A stretch of DNA of 63,471 bases, counting the filler, from Anaerolineae bacterium (lineage in GTDB: Bacteria > Chloroflexota > Anaerolineae > Epilineales > Epilineaceae), in NCBI GenBank assembly GCA_029262755.1. It is 5 parts of 5 records of this genome, joined end to end, with 100 filler letters (N's around TTAATTAATTAA, not from the genome) between each part and the next. Parts side by side here need not be neighbours in the genome. Positions count along the whole stretch, not along the records: positions 40,397 to 60,393 come from JAJCYU010000196.1; positions 60,494 to 63,471 come from JAJCYU010000202.1; 3 more parts are not named here. One strand, given 5' to 3'. The notes beneath the pieces are model-generated. The model worked only from the letters and a program-made list of their open reading frames with translations, was not told where the DNA came from and did no database searches. How positions within the stretch are numbered: the first letter of the stretch is position 1; every line of letters starts with the position of its first letter. Shown here piece after piece: positions 52,841 through 63,471 of the stretch. The position numbers and the translations under genes are program-made.

Positions 52841-53976
52841 GTCCTTCGCCAGTGAGTTCAAGTGCTTCGGATGATCGTTCCGGCGCCACCGCGACGACTC
52901 GCGCTCCCCTGCGCGACGCGCTCGAGCGGGGTCTCGAACGGCGCGGCGATCTTCTCGCGGTGCTCCATGCGGAGCAGACTGATTGCTACCGCCTACTCCA
53001 TGGAGTCGCCGAAGGCGCGCCGGGCCTGACTCTCGACCGCTACGGTCCCTTGCTGCTGATCCAAACCTGGCGAACGCCGCTCTCGGACAACGATCGCGCC
53101 ACGATTGAAGACGTCCTGGCTGCTCCGCTCGGCCTGGTCAGCGTGTGGAATCACCGTGGTGTGGGCGCGCGACCGCGCGACAGGGCGCGCGACTCGGGCG
53201 TAGCAGGAGGCTCGCAGGGCCCTAGCGACGCGCCGCCCCCGATGATCAGCCCCTACGGTCCGTGGCCGGTCTCCGGCCTGCCGGCCGATGTGGAGGGTCG
53301 CGAACTCGGGCTCCGTCTGGACGTGCGACCCCGCTGGCGCGGCATCGATCCCCTCTTGTTCCTCGATCTGCGCGCGGGGCGGCGCCATGTCATGGCCGCG
53401 GCCAAGGGCAAGAGCGTGCTCAACCTCTTCGCCTACACGTGCACCGCCGGCGTGACCGCTGCGGCGGGTGGGGCGAGCGAGGTCTGGAACGTGGACTTTG
53501 CATCGTCGGCGCTGGCGATCGGCTCCGAGAACGCGGCGCGCAACGGCATCGGTGCAGCCTCGTTCGTCACGCAATGCGAGGACGTGTTTCCCGTCGTTCG
53601 CCAGTTGGCCGGGTTGAAGGTGGGCGACTGGCGCGGCGGTCGGCAGCGGCCCTTCAAGCGCGTCGCGGCGCGCGCGTTCGATATCGTGGTCCTCGACCCG
53701 CCCGCGCGCGCCAAGAGCGCCTTCGGCACCGTGGATGTCGTGCGCGACTATCCGTCGTTGTTCAAGCCGGCGGTGCTCGCAACCGCGCCGGGCGGGCACA
53801 TATTGGCCACCAACCACGCGGCGAGCGTCGACCGGGACGAGTGGCTCGAGGTGCTGCGCCGCTGCGCTGCTAAGGCCGGACGACCGCTGCGCAGCATCGA
53901 CGTGATCGTCCCCGAATCCGACGTGCCGAGCTTCGACGGGCGCCCGCCGCTGAAGCTGGCTTGGTGCGCGTTGTAG
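52837..53976 (+). CDS. Class I SAM-dependent RNA methyltransferase (RlmI/RlmK-like)
   Basis: YRLLHGVAEG, LFLDLR, VLNLFAYT, FDIVVLDPP. Confidence 0.88.
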   Translation: MSPSPVSSSASDDRSGATATTRAPLRDALERGLERRGDLLAVLHAEQTDCYRLLHGVAEGAPGLTLDRYGPLLLIQTWRTPLSDNDRATIEDVLAAPLGLVSVWNHRGVGARPRDRARDSGVAGGSQGPSDAPPPMISPYGPWPVSGLPADVEGRELGLRLDVRPRWRGIDPLLFLDLRAGRRHVMAAAKGKSVLNLFAYTCTAGVTAAAGGASEVWNVDFASSALAIGSENAARNGIGAASFVTQCEDVFPVVRQLAGLKVGDWRGGRQRPFKRVAARAFDIVVLDPPARAKSAFGTVDVVRDYPSLFKPAVLATAPGGHILATNHAASVDRDEWLEVLRRCAAKAGRPLRSIDVIVPESDVPSFDGRPPLKLAWCAL

Positions 53977-54032
53977 GTCCGGTTGCGCGGTAGTGGGGAG
54001 CATTGCGTCCCCCACCGGTGGACCTGCGGCTC

Positions 54033-55622
54033 CTAGGGTCCGACCGCCACCTCGGCGCCTGCGCGCAGCGCTGCCGCCCAGACCGTGCTCGTGGCCTCGA
54101 TCGGATCGAGGAACGTTGCCGGGTAGATACCGATCCACAGTACCAGAACGACGAGCGGGAGCAGCACGGCGATCTCGCGCGCGGTGAGGTCCGTCATCGA
54201 TGCGGAGAGCTCGCTCTGGGGGCCGAAGAACACCCGTTGGAACATGGAGAGCATATAGAGCGCTCCGAGGATGACCCCGAAGGCGCCGAGGATTCCCCAG
54301 ACCGGATGGGCCTGGTAGGCGCCAAGCAGCGACAGCCATTCACCGACGAAGCCGTTGGTGCCCGGCAGACCGACGCTTGCAAAGAGGATGATCAGGAACA
54401 ATACGCTGAAGCGCGGCATCGCGCTCCAAAGACCGCCGAAGGCCGCGATCTCCCGGGTGTGGGCGCGCTCGTACAGCATGCCTACCAGGAGGAACAGGGC
54501 GCCGGTCGTCAGGCCGTGGTTGACCATCTGCAACACGCCACCGGCCATGCCGATTGCGTTCAGCGCGAAGATGCCGAGCATGATGATGCCCATGTGGCTC
54601 ACCGAGGAATACGCTACGAGGCTCTTCATGTCCTCCTGCGCGAACGCCACCCAGGCCCCGTACCAGATCCCGATCACGGCCAGAGTTAAGAACCAAGGCG
54701 CCGCCGCATGTGCTACTTCGGGGAAGAGGGGCAGCGCGAAGCGCACGAAGCCGTAGGTTCCCATCTTGAGCAACACGCCGGCCAGGATGACGGACCCCGC
54801 GGTCGGCGCCTCGACGTGCGCGTCGGGTAACCAGGTATGGAACGGGAAGAGCGGCACCTTGACCGCGAAGGCCAAGGCGAAGGCCGCGAAGAGCGCCACG
54901 CGCAGGTCCATCGCGAACGTGGTGCCCGGAATGCCGAAGCGCTGATCGAGCGCGGGGCGGACCATGCCGCCGATCACATCGAAGTAGTGGAATGAGCCGT
55001 TGCCCGCCCATTGCGCGAGCCCAATGATCGCGACCAACATCAGCGCTGAGCCGGCCATCGTGTAGAGCAGGAATTTGTAGGAAGCATAGATACGCCGCGA
55101 ACCGCCCCAGATACCGATGAGCAGGATCATCGGGATCAGGGCCGCTTCCCAGAATACGTAGAAGAGGAAGAGGTCCAGCGCGCAAAACACGCCGAGAATC
55201 CCTGTTTCTAGGATGAGCATCAGCGCGATGTATTCGCGAACGCGTACCCGCACCGCCGTGGCGCTGAACAGGAGGGCGAGCAAGCTGAGCAGGGTGGTCA
55301 GCCAAACGAGCACGATGCTGATTCCGTCGACGCCGATCTGGAACGTGATGCCGCCGGGCAACCAGCGCGCCGGTGTCGCCGGGTCGGCGAACTGGAACGC
55401 GGCGCGCGGCGAGTTGACCATCCAGTCGCTGTCGTAGCCGGCGAGCATGCCGGTTGACAATGCGAATGCGGCGCCCGCGGTCATGATCGCGATCGCGAAA
55501 TCGAGCAGCGGATGGCGCTTGGGCATCAACGCGATCAGCACCGCGCCGGCAAGCGGCAGGAAGACCGTAAGGCTCAACAGGGGGAAACCCTGGGCGTTGG
55601 CCGTCTCGAGCATCGGTAGCAT
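54033..55622 (-). CDS. nuoM: NADH-quinone oxidoreductase subunit M
   Basis: FYVFWE, KVPLFPFHTWLPDAHVEAPTAGS, LLKMGTYG, AYSSVSHMG, GLPGTNGFVGE. Confidence 0.97.
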   Translation of the reverse strand: MLPMLETANAQGFPLLSLTVFLPLAGAVLIALMPKRHPLLDFAIAIMTAGAAFALSTGMLAGYDSDWMVNSPRAAFQFADPATPARWLPGGITFQIGVDGISIVLVWLTTLLSLLALLFSATAVRVRVREYIALMLILETGILGVFCALDLFLFYVFWEAALIPMILLIGIWGGSRRIYASYKFLLYTMAGSALMLVAIIGLAQWAGNGSFHYFDVIGGMVRPALDQRFGIPGTTFAMDLRVALFAAFALAFAVKVPLFPFHTWLPDAHVEAPTAGSVILAGVLLKMGTYGFVRFALPLFPEVAHAAAPWFLTLAVIGIWYGAWVAFAQEDMKSLVAYSSVSHMGIIMLGIFALNAIGMAGGVLQMVNHGLTTGALFLLVGMLYERAHTREIAAFGGLWSAMPRFSVLFLIILFASVGLPGTNGFVGEWLSLLGAYQAHPVWGILGAFGVILGALYMLSMFQRVFFGPQSELSASMTDLTAREIAVLLPLVVLVLWIGIYPATFLDPIEATSTVWAAALRAGAEVAVGP

Positions 55623-55647
55623 TCCTACGGGGAGGAGCGAGCCCGGA

Positions 55648-57945
<2,298 letters not shown>

Positions 57946-58016
57946 GGGTTGGCCCTCGGGGCGGTGGGCGGCGGAGCGATTGGCGCGCTGTGTAGGGGGC
58001 GAATACCGGGCGGTGC

Positions 58017-58325
58017 CTAGCCGTGCATGACGCTTACATCATCAACGTCTGTGCGGCCTAGGCTGCGCCAGATAGCCACCACGAGCGCAAGACCGACGGC
58101 CACCTCTGCGGCAGCCACCGTGAGGCTGAAGAACACGAAGAGTTGGCCTTCGATTTGCCCATGGGCGCGCGCGGCAGCAACAAGCGCGATGTTGACCGCA
58201 TTGAGCATGAGCTCCACGCTCATCAGCACGATCATCACGTTGCGCCGCAGGAGCACGCCTGCCGCGCCGACGCCGAAGAGCGCGGTGGTCAGCAAGAGCC
58301 AATGTCCGAGGGGTACGGCGTTCAT
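58017..58325 (-). CDS. nuoK: NADH-quinone oxidoreductase subunit K
   Basis: RRN...MSVELMLN, VAAAEVAVGLAL. Confidence 0.97.
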   Translation of the reverse strand: MNAVPLGHWLLLTTALFGVGAAGVLLRRNVMIVLMSVELMLNAVNIALVAAARAHGQIEGQLFVFFSLTVAAAEVAVGLALVVAIWRSLGRTDVDDVSVMHG

Positions 58326-58855
58326 CCGCTCGTCTCCTCGGGGTCTTCGGACTGCGATCCGAATCGGGCGATCATGACCGCGCCGATCAAGGCCACCAAG
58401 AGCATCAGGCTGACCCACTCGAAGGGCAGCACCCAGTCGGTGAACAAGGCCTGACCGATCGCTTCGGGCGAACCGAAATCACCGGTGAGCGGCGGGGGCA
58501 TGCGCCCGGCGGCCGGTGCGCGGGCTACCGCCACGCTCAGCAAGGCGACCAACGCAACGAGCCCGAAAACGGCCGTCGCACGATGCCCGGCGATGGGCTC
58601 ACTGCGGGTCATCGGTTGTGCGCCGAGCAGCATGACCACGAAGAGGAAGAGAACCATGATGGCGCCGGCGTATACGATCACCTGTACGGCGGCGATGAAC
58701 GGCGCTTGCAGCACGAGATAGAGCACCGCGGTCAGCAGAAAGTTGCCGACCATCCACAACGCGGCGTGCACCGGATCGTTGCTTCGGATCATCGCTCCGG
58801 CGCTGAGCAAGAGCAACGCGCCCACCACGTAGAAAAGCAAGACCTCGGCGCTCAC
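58322..58855 (-). CDS. nuoJ: NADH-quinone oxidoreductase subunit J
   Basis: QVIVYAGAIMVLFLFVVMLL, LPFE. Confidence 0.96.
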   Translation of the reverse strand: MSAEVLLFYVVGALLLLSAGAMIRSNDPVHAALWMVGNFLLTAVLYLVLQAPFIAAVQVIVYAGAIMVLFLFVVMLLGAQPMTRSEPIAGHRATAVFGLVALVALLSVAVARAPAAGRMPPPLTGDFGSPEAIGQALFTDWVLPFEWVSLMLLVALIGAVMIARFGSQSEDPEETSG

Positions 58856-59454
58856 AACGAAGGTGCCTGTGCTTCGGGGGCGGTATCTGGCTCGCTGGGG
58901 GCGGCCGGCACGGGCGCGGTGCCCGGAGCCGCGCCGATACGCGCCACGATCGGCACCGAGAAGTAGTCCATGCCGCCCATGCGGAACGGCACGTCGCGCC
59001 CGCGGGTGTCTTGCGGCGTGTCGTCGCCCGAGGCGCCGGGCGGCACCAGGAGCATGTCCTTGGTGTAGATCGTCTCTCTGCGGTCGTAGGCCGCCAACTC
59101 GTACTCGTGTTCAAGCACGATCGCGTCGGTGGGGCACGCTTCCTCGCAGAAGCCGCAGAAGATACAGCGCATCATGTTGATCTCGTAGACTTCGGCGAAT
59201 CGTTCCCCCGGGGAAAATCGCTGCTCATCGCTGTTCTCCGCCGGCACGACGAGGATGGCGTCCGCGGGGCAGGCGGCTGAACACAACGAACAGCCGATGC
59301 AACGCTCTAATCCGTTCTCGTAGCGCTTCAGCTCGTGCCGACCTCGAAAGCGCTCCGCGACGGGCCGTTTGTGCTCCGGATATTGGACGGTCAACGGCTT
59401 GCGGAACATGGTCCGCAAGGTGACGCCCATACCCTGAATGAGGGCTCCGATCAT
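58852..59454 (-). CDS. nuoI: NADH-quinone oxidoreductase subunit I
   Basis: TVQYPE, RFRGRH, two [4Fe-4S] motifs CIGCSLCSAACP and CIFCGFCEEACP. Confidence 0.97.
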   Translation of the reverse strand: MIGALIQGMGVTLRTMFRKPLTVQYPEHKRPVAERFRGRHELKRYENGLERCIGCSLCSAACPADAILVVPAENSDEQRFSPGERFAEVYEINMMRCIFCGFCEEACPTDAIVLEHEYELAAYDRRETIYTKDMLLVPPGASGDDTPQDTRGRDVPFRMGGMDYFSVPIVARIGAAPGTAPVPAAPSEPDTAPEAQAPSL

Positions 59455-59482
59455 CGTGATCCCACCTTCTTCGGATGCATCG

Positions 59483-60393
59483 TCAGGAAGCTCCCGGACC
59501 GGCCAGCTGCCACCAAGCTAGGACGGCCGCCGTCACAGCGACGTTGGCGATGGAGAGCGGCAATAGCCATTTCCAGCCGAGCGACATGAGTTGATCGTAG
59601 CGCAGCCTCGGTACCGTCGCGCGCAGCCAGATGAAGAAGAACAGCGACAGGATGATCTTGCCGGTGAACACGGCGATATCGACGAACCAGGGAAGGTCGA
59701 TGCCCAGCGCGCTCTCGATAAAGGGCAAGTGGTAGCCACCGAGGAACAAAGACACGGCGACGGCGCTGACCGTGATCATGTTGATGTACTCGGCCATGAA
59801 GAACATCGCGAAGCGCATTCCGGTGTACTCGGTGTGGTAGCCGGCCACCAGCTCTTGCTCCGCCTCCGGAAAGTCGAAGGGCGCACGGTTGGTTTCCGCC
59901 AAGGCCGTCAGCACGTAGATGCCAAAAGCCACCGGCTGCAGCAGGATCAGCGGTATGCCCCAAGCGCGCTGCGCGTCGATGATCTCGTTGATCGACAGCG
60001 TCTGCGTGATCAACACGATCCCGATCAGGCTCAAGCCCATCGCCAGCTCATAGCTGACCATCTGCGCGGAGGAACGCAGGCCGCCGATCAACGAGTACTT
60101 GTTGTTCGACGCCCATCCGGCCAGCACCAGCCCGTACACGGCCAGCGACGTGACGCCGAGCAGATAGAGCAGGGCGACGTTGAAATCGGCGATCTGGAAG
60201 CGGATTTCGCGCAGTTGTCCGCCCAGTTCCACGGTTACGGGATCCGCGGCCGGTATGACCGCGAAGGCCAGGATCGCGACCACGAGGCTCACGATCGGTG
60301 CCATGTAGTACACGAAGGAGTCCACGCCTACGGGTGTGATGTTCTCCTTGAACAGCAGCTTCAGCCCATCGGCCGCCGGCTGCATCAATCCGA
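59483..60393 (-). CDS. nuoH: NADH-quinone oxidoreductase subunit H (5' truncated)
   Basis: QPAADGLKLLFKE, AETNRAPFDFPEAEQEL, PRLRYDQLM. Confidence 0.96.
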
Positions 60394-60493
60394 NNNNNNN
60401 NNNNNNNNNNNNNNNNNNNNNNNNNNNNNNNNNNNNNTTAATTAATTAANNNNNNNNNNNNNNNNNNNNNNNNNNNNNNNNNNNNNNNNNNNN
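60394..60493. other. Artificial contig-join linker
   Basis: N44-TTAATTAATTAA-N44. Confidence 0.98.
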
Positions 60494-60522
60494 AAAAAAG
60501 CGCCGCGGCTCTCGCCGCGACG
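60494..60522 (-). terminator. Intrinsic terminator
   Basis: CGTCGCGGC-GAGA-GCCGCGGCG stem-loop followed by CTTTTTT at the contig edge. Confidence 0.7.
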
Positions 60523-60626
60523 GAAACACGCACCGGTCTTCGATCCACTTCGAATCGCCTCGGGTTACGCGCTCCCCTTTCTCGGTTGTCCTGCGGGCCG
60601 TGCCCTCACCGGGACACGAGCGAGGC
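60494..60626 (-). ncRNA. Candidate ~130-nt small RNA or attenuator leader, family unrecognised
   Basis: Lies between a near-consensus sigma70 promoter and a terminator; contains stem-loops and no ATG. Confidence 0.4.
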
Positions 60627-60628
60627 GT

Positions 60629-60656
60629 AGTCTAGCAAGGCTCGAAGAATTGTCAA
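60629..60656 (-). promoter_or_regulatory. Near-consensus sigma70 promoter
   Basis: TTGACA-N16-TAGACT with extended -10 TG. Confidence 0.75.
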
Positions 60657-60939
60657 GCGTTTTCTGGATTCCCGTTTCAACGGGGCCGCTGGAGCGACTT
60701 GCGGAGCGTGTCCGCGCCCCCTTTAATGACCTCGATCGCGGTCCCGCAGTCTCCACCCCGTTGCCGTGGAAACCCGGGTACTCAGGCCTATCCGTCCCAG
60801 ATTCCTCATGAGCAAGCGGAGATGCCGGTCCATGTCCGACTCGACGTCCCAAACATCGTGGACGAATCTTGCCCGAACTTCGCGACGCGCCCGAATTTTC
60901 GGATTCTTTGGCGCATGTGGCGTCCTGGCAGGCTGTCGG

Positions 60940-61110
60940 ATGCTCGGCGACGGTGTCCGCAGCCGAGCGCGGAGGAACAGGATTTGGATGGGTGGAGCTT
61001 CGTTACTGGCAGGGATGCTCTTGCTCGCGGCTGCGGCTCGTGAGCAGACGTCCGTGCGCTCCCTTCGCGCCTCCATCGCACCGCAGCTCGCCCCGCCGCC
61101 CAACCTGTGA
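60940..61110 (+). CDS. Possible small single-pass membrane protein
   Basis: 56 aa with basic N-terminus and a hydrophobic helix; stop overlaps the Nudix GTG (GTGA). Confidence 0.35.
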   Translation: MLGDGVRSRARRNRIWMGGASLLAGMLLLAAAAREQTSVRSLRASIAPQLAPPPNL

Positions 61111-61757
61111 GCACGGATTCCCGACCGGCATCCGACCGTCCACTCGGCGCGTCGCTCGGCTGGCGACAGATCAATCGCCGCTACCTCTTCCAAAGCCCAT
61201 GGTACTCGCTGCGACAGGATGAATTGGTCTTGCCGAACGGCAGCACCGCCCAGTTCACCTTCGTCGAGCATCCCGGATTCGTTTCGATCGTACCGGTTCT
61301 GCAAGACGGTCGCGTGGTGCTGATCCGCAGCTATCGCTACCCGGTGGACGAATGGGTGCTCGAGGTGCCGGCTGGTGGGCTGGGCTCTGCGTCGAAGCAC
61401 CCAGCACTGACCGTCGATCGGGCTCACGCGGAGCTCTTGGAAGAGACCGGCTATGTCGCGGACTCCATGGACCGGGTCGGCGCATATTGGTCGGCGATCG
61501 GGAATAGCCGCTGCCGAGCCCACGTTTTCCTCGCTTCCGGCCTCCGCTCCGCTGCCGCGCAGTCGTTGGAGCCGACGGAACACATCGACATCGTGCCGAC
61601 CCCGATGGCAGACGCCGTAGCGATGGCCCGCGACGGTCGAATCCAGGACGGCCATAGCGCGCTCGCCCTATTGATGTGCGAGCCCCATATGCGTCGTGGG
61701 CCGGCACTTCGATCCACGGGCCCAGGCGCATCATCCATCCCAGGCACGGAATCCTGA
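61107..61757 (+). CDS. NUDIX hydrolase (ADP-ribose pyrophosphatase-like)
   Basis: VEHPGFVSIVP, YRYPV, LEVPAGG, ELLEETGY, GRIQDG. Confidence 0.88.
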   Translation: MSTDSRPASDRPLGASLGWRQINRRYLFQSPWYSLRQDELVLPNGSTAQFTFVEHPGFVSIVPVLQDGRVVLIRSYRYPVDEWVLEVPAGGLGSASKHPALTVDRAHAELLEETGYVADSMDRVGAYWSAIGNSRCRAHVFLASGLRSAAAQSLEPTEHIDIVPTPMADAVAMARDGRIQDGHSALALLMCEPHMRRGPALRSTGPGASSIPGTES

Positions 61758-63471
61758 TGTCGCGTGCGCGCGTGCCAAAGGATTGCGAGCCGCAAGACCC
61801 CGATGCTCGCACAGATGTAAGGTGCCGGGGCCCCTCATCGGCGCGACCGTCTCGACCGACTACCGTTCGAGTTGCCACCTCGGTCTTCCCGCGGCTTCTT
61901 CGCAGCGCGGGCGTTGTGCTGCTGTTGGTCACTTTCATCGCGCTCACTGAAGGCCCCGAGCGGCGATCGCTCGGCCAGACGAGACCTGCACCTTCGATTT
62001 ACTTGCCGCGGGTTGCTGCGGGAAGTGCGCGCTGGCCCAGCCCGGAGCGCACCGCCCGGTTTTGGGCCGCCGTCGACGCCTTCGTCGCGCACCAGCCCCC
62101 CGAGCAGTTGTTTGGGCACTACGACCGCGATCCGAGCCGTCTCGCGGCCATCGAGAATGTCTTGGCAGGTTGTCATGACTTCCCTGATCTGCCGGATCAC
62201 TTTGGCTCCGGAGCACACCGCCGCGCCTGCGACTTTTGGGTTGCGACGCCCCTTGCGCTGCACCACCTCTCGGCAGCACGGCGCGCAGCTTCCAATCAAG
62301 AATCGATTCATGGCATGCCGGCCTGGGAGCACGAGGCCTGGGCCCGCCAATACATCGGTGTCGCCAACGAGGTGATGGCGGACTTCACCTTTGGACCGGA
62401 CGGTGATTCTCCCCGCGTTCGTGGCCGCTTCCGTGATACGCGGGCAGCCGTTTGGCAGAACACCCTCCGGGCCGCCGACCTCGCGCTCGTCCTCGATCTT
62501 GCCCGCGACGCGGACATCGTGCCGGTCGAAGCGGACGGTCTACGAGCGTCGTACGTGTTGGAGGAAGTGGCCGCTGCTTGGTACGGCCACTTTGGTCCCG
62601 CGAGGGTCTTGCCTGCGGCAACCAACGTGTTGACGACCACAGCGCTCCACAGAGATCCCGGTGACGGTCACAGAGCCGATGTCTTGTCCCATGTACCGCA
62701 TACGTTCCGCTGGGACCCAGACCACGGCAATTCGGCCATCGAAGAGATGGCATGGATGGCCGCAGGTGCACGGTTGGCAATGCGCCTAGAGGAAGGCGAA
62801 TCGCAGGACAGCCGGTCGACCAAGTCCTTGGCGGACGCCTACCTGGATTCTGTGTTCAGCGCCGGTCGAATCGACCCCATGTCTGGGCGGCGGGCCTTCA
62901 CGCTTGGGACCGAGACCACCGGCGGCGCCTATGGCCAAAACAGATTGTGGGTGGAAAATCACCAGCCCGACATGCCCTCCACGCCGTATCTGTTCAGCAC
63001 GTGGCACTACCTCAGCCTCGCCATGATGGGTCACGATGGCAATCCCGCAACTCCGTGGCCATCCTTGGCGGATGAGGCGCAGTGGCGCCTCACGCTCGAC
63101 GCGGCCGAGGCGACGTTGCACGCGCCGGATGGGGGCTTCCTGCTCAATCTTGAACCCGGCGGGCATGTCGGCTTCCAGATGGCGAACTATCCGAAATGGA
63201 CGATGCCGTGCGGTCGGTGGCGATCGGGGGCGCAGTACGTCGAGGCGGTCGCGGGTGATGGAACGGCCATCTACGTATCTGAGGTGGGCCACCCGGCCGG
63301 CACCGGGCTGCTCGCCGCGGCGGCACCGTTGTGGCGTCTGGCCGCGGAACGGGGCGATACAGCAGCAGCTGTCCTCTGGGCTTCGCGCGCGGATGCGGCG
63401 CTTCGTGAGGTCATCGCTCGGCCGCCCGACGGGGCCACGCTGGCGTGCAACGTCGCGCCATGGGTGTCGGC
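61757..63471 (+). CDS. Large secreted/membrane-anchored hypothetical protein with N-terminal YLP motif (3' end outside window)
   Basis: Not in the ORF track because it has no stop. Hand translation is open for 571 codons from the TGATG overlap; hydrophobic segment GVVLLLVTFIAL then PAPSIYLPRVAAG. Confidence 0.75.
   Translation, partial: MSRARVPKDCEPQDPDARTDVRCRGPSSARPSRPTTVRVATSVFPRLLRSAGVVLLLVTFIALTEGPERRSLGQTRPAPSIYLPRVAAGSARWPSPERTARFWAAVDAFVAHQPPEQLFGHYDRDPSRLAAIENVLAGCHDFPDLPDHFGSGAHRRACDFWVATPLALHHLSAARRAASNQESIHGMPAWEHEAWARQYIGVANEVMADFTFGPDGDSPRVRGRFRDTRAAVWQNTLRAADLALVLDLARDADIVPVEADGLRASYVLEEVAAAWYGHFGPARVLPAATNVLTTTALHRDPGDGHRADVLSHVPHTFRWDPDHGNSAIEEMAWMAAGARLAMRLEEGESQDSRSTKSLADAYLDSVFSAGRIDPMSGRRAFTLGTETTGGAYGQNRLWVENHQPDMPSTPYLFSTWHYLSLAMMGHDGNPATPWPSLADEAQWRLTLDAAEATLHAPDGGFLLNLEPGGHVGFQMANYPKWTMPCGRWRSGAQYVEAVAGDGTAIYVSEVGHPAGTGLLAAAAPLWRLAAERGDTAAAVLWASRADAALREVIARPPDGATLACNVAPWVS

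Noticed and set aside
61835..63326. Many short listed ORFs at the right end
   Set aside because: Explained as shadows of the single open frame starting at 61757.

Overview
High-GC (about 70% by eye) bacterial sequence, most likely a Chloroflexota (Anaerolineae-like) draft genome or MAG. The taxonomy is inferred from several secreted proteins carrying Pro/Thr linkers and a [YF]LP motif. The window is five unrelated contigs joined by artificial 100-nt N44-TTAATTAATTAA-N44 linkers. Contig 1: rifampin-phosphotransferase-like PEP-utilising enzyme (partial), cyclophilin, RecQ, a degenerate VWA surface protein, and an ECF sigma/anti-sigma/two-membrane-protein/DUF1800-DUF1501 operon with two matching ECF-type promoters. 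Contig 2: heterodimeric ABC exporter, tRNA-Sec with an exact upstream copy of its 5' half, a TlpA plus SurA-like pair, a double-VWA protein, and a strongly codon-biased repeat-domain (S-layer-like) protein behind a SARP-type promoter. Contig 3: accessory genes (VOC, SRPBCC, rhodanese, YceI-dioxygenase fusion, phytase-like, LolA-like, phosphoesterase). Contig 4: ThpR, a catalytically dead subtilase, Dus, YpdA-like reductase, a SARP/BTAD-photolyase-YihY-methyltransferase operon, and nuoH-M with a SAF-like insertion in NuoL and no adjacent nuoN. Contig 5: candidate promoter-to-terminator small RNA, a Nudix hydrolase and a long secreted ORF missing from the ORF track. Best leads: a possible [YF]LP beta-strand surface-docking system, the SAF insertion in NuoL, the pseudo-subtilase and the cis-regulatory motifs. 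All calls are by eye; no searches were run.
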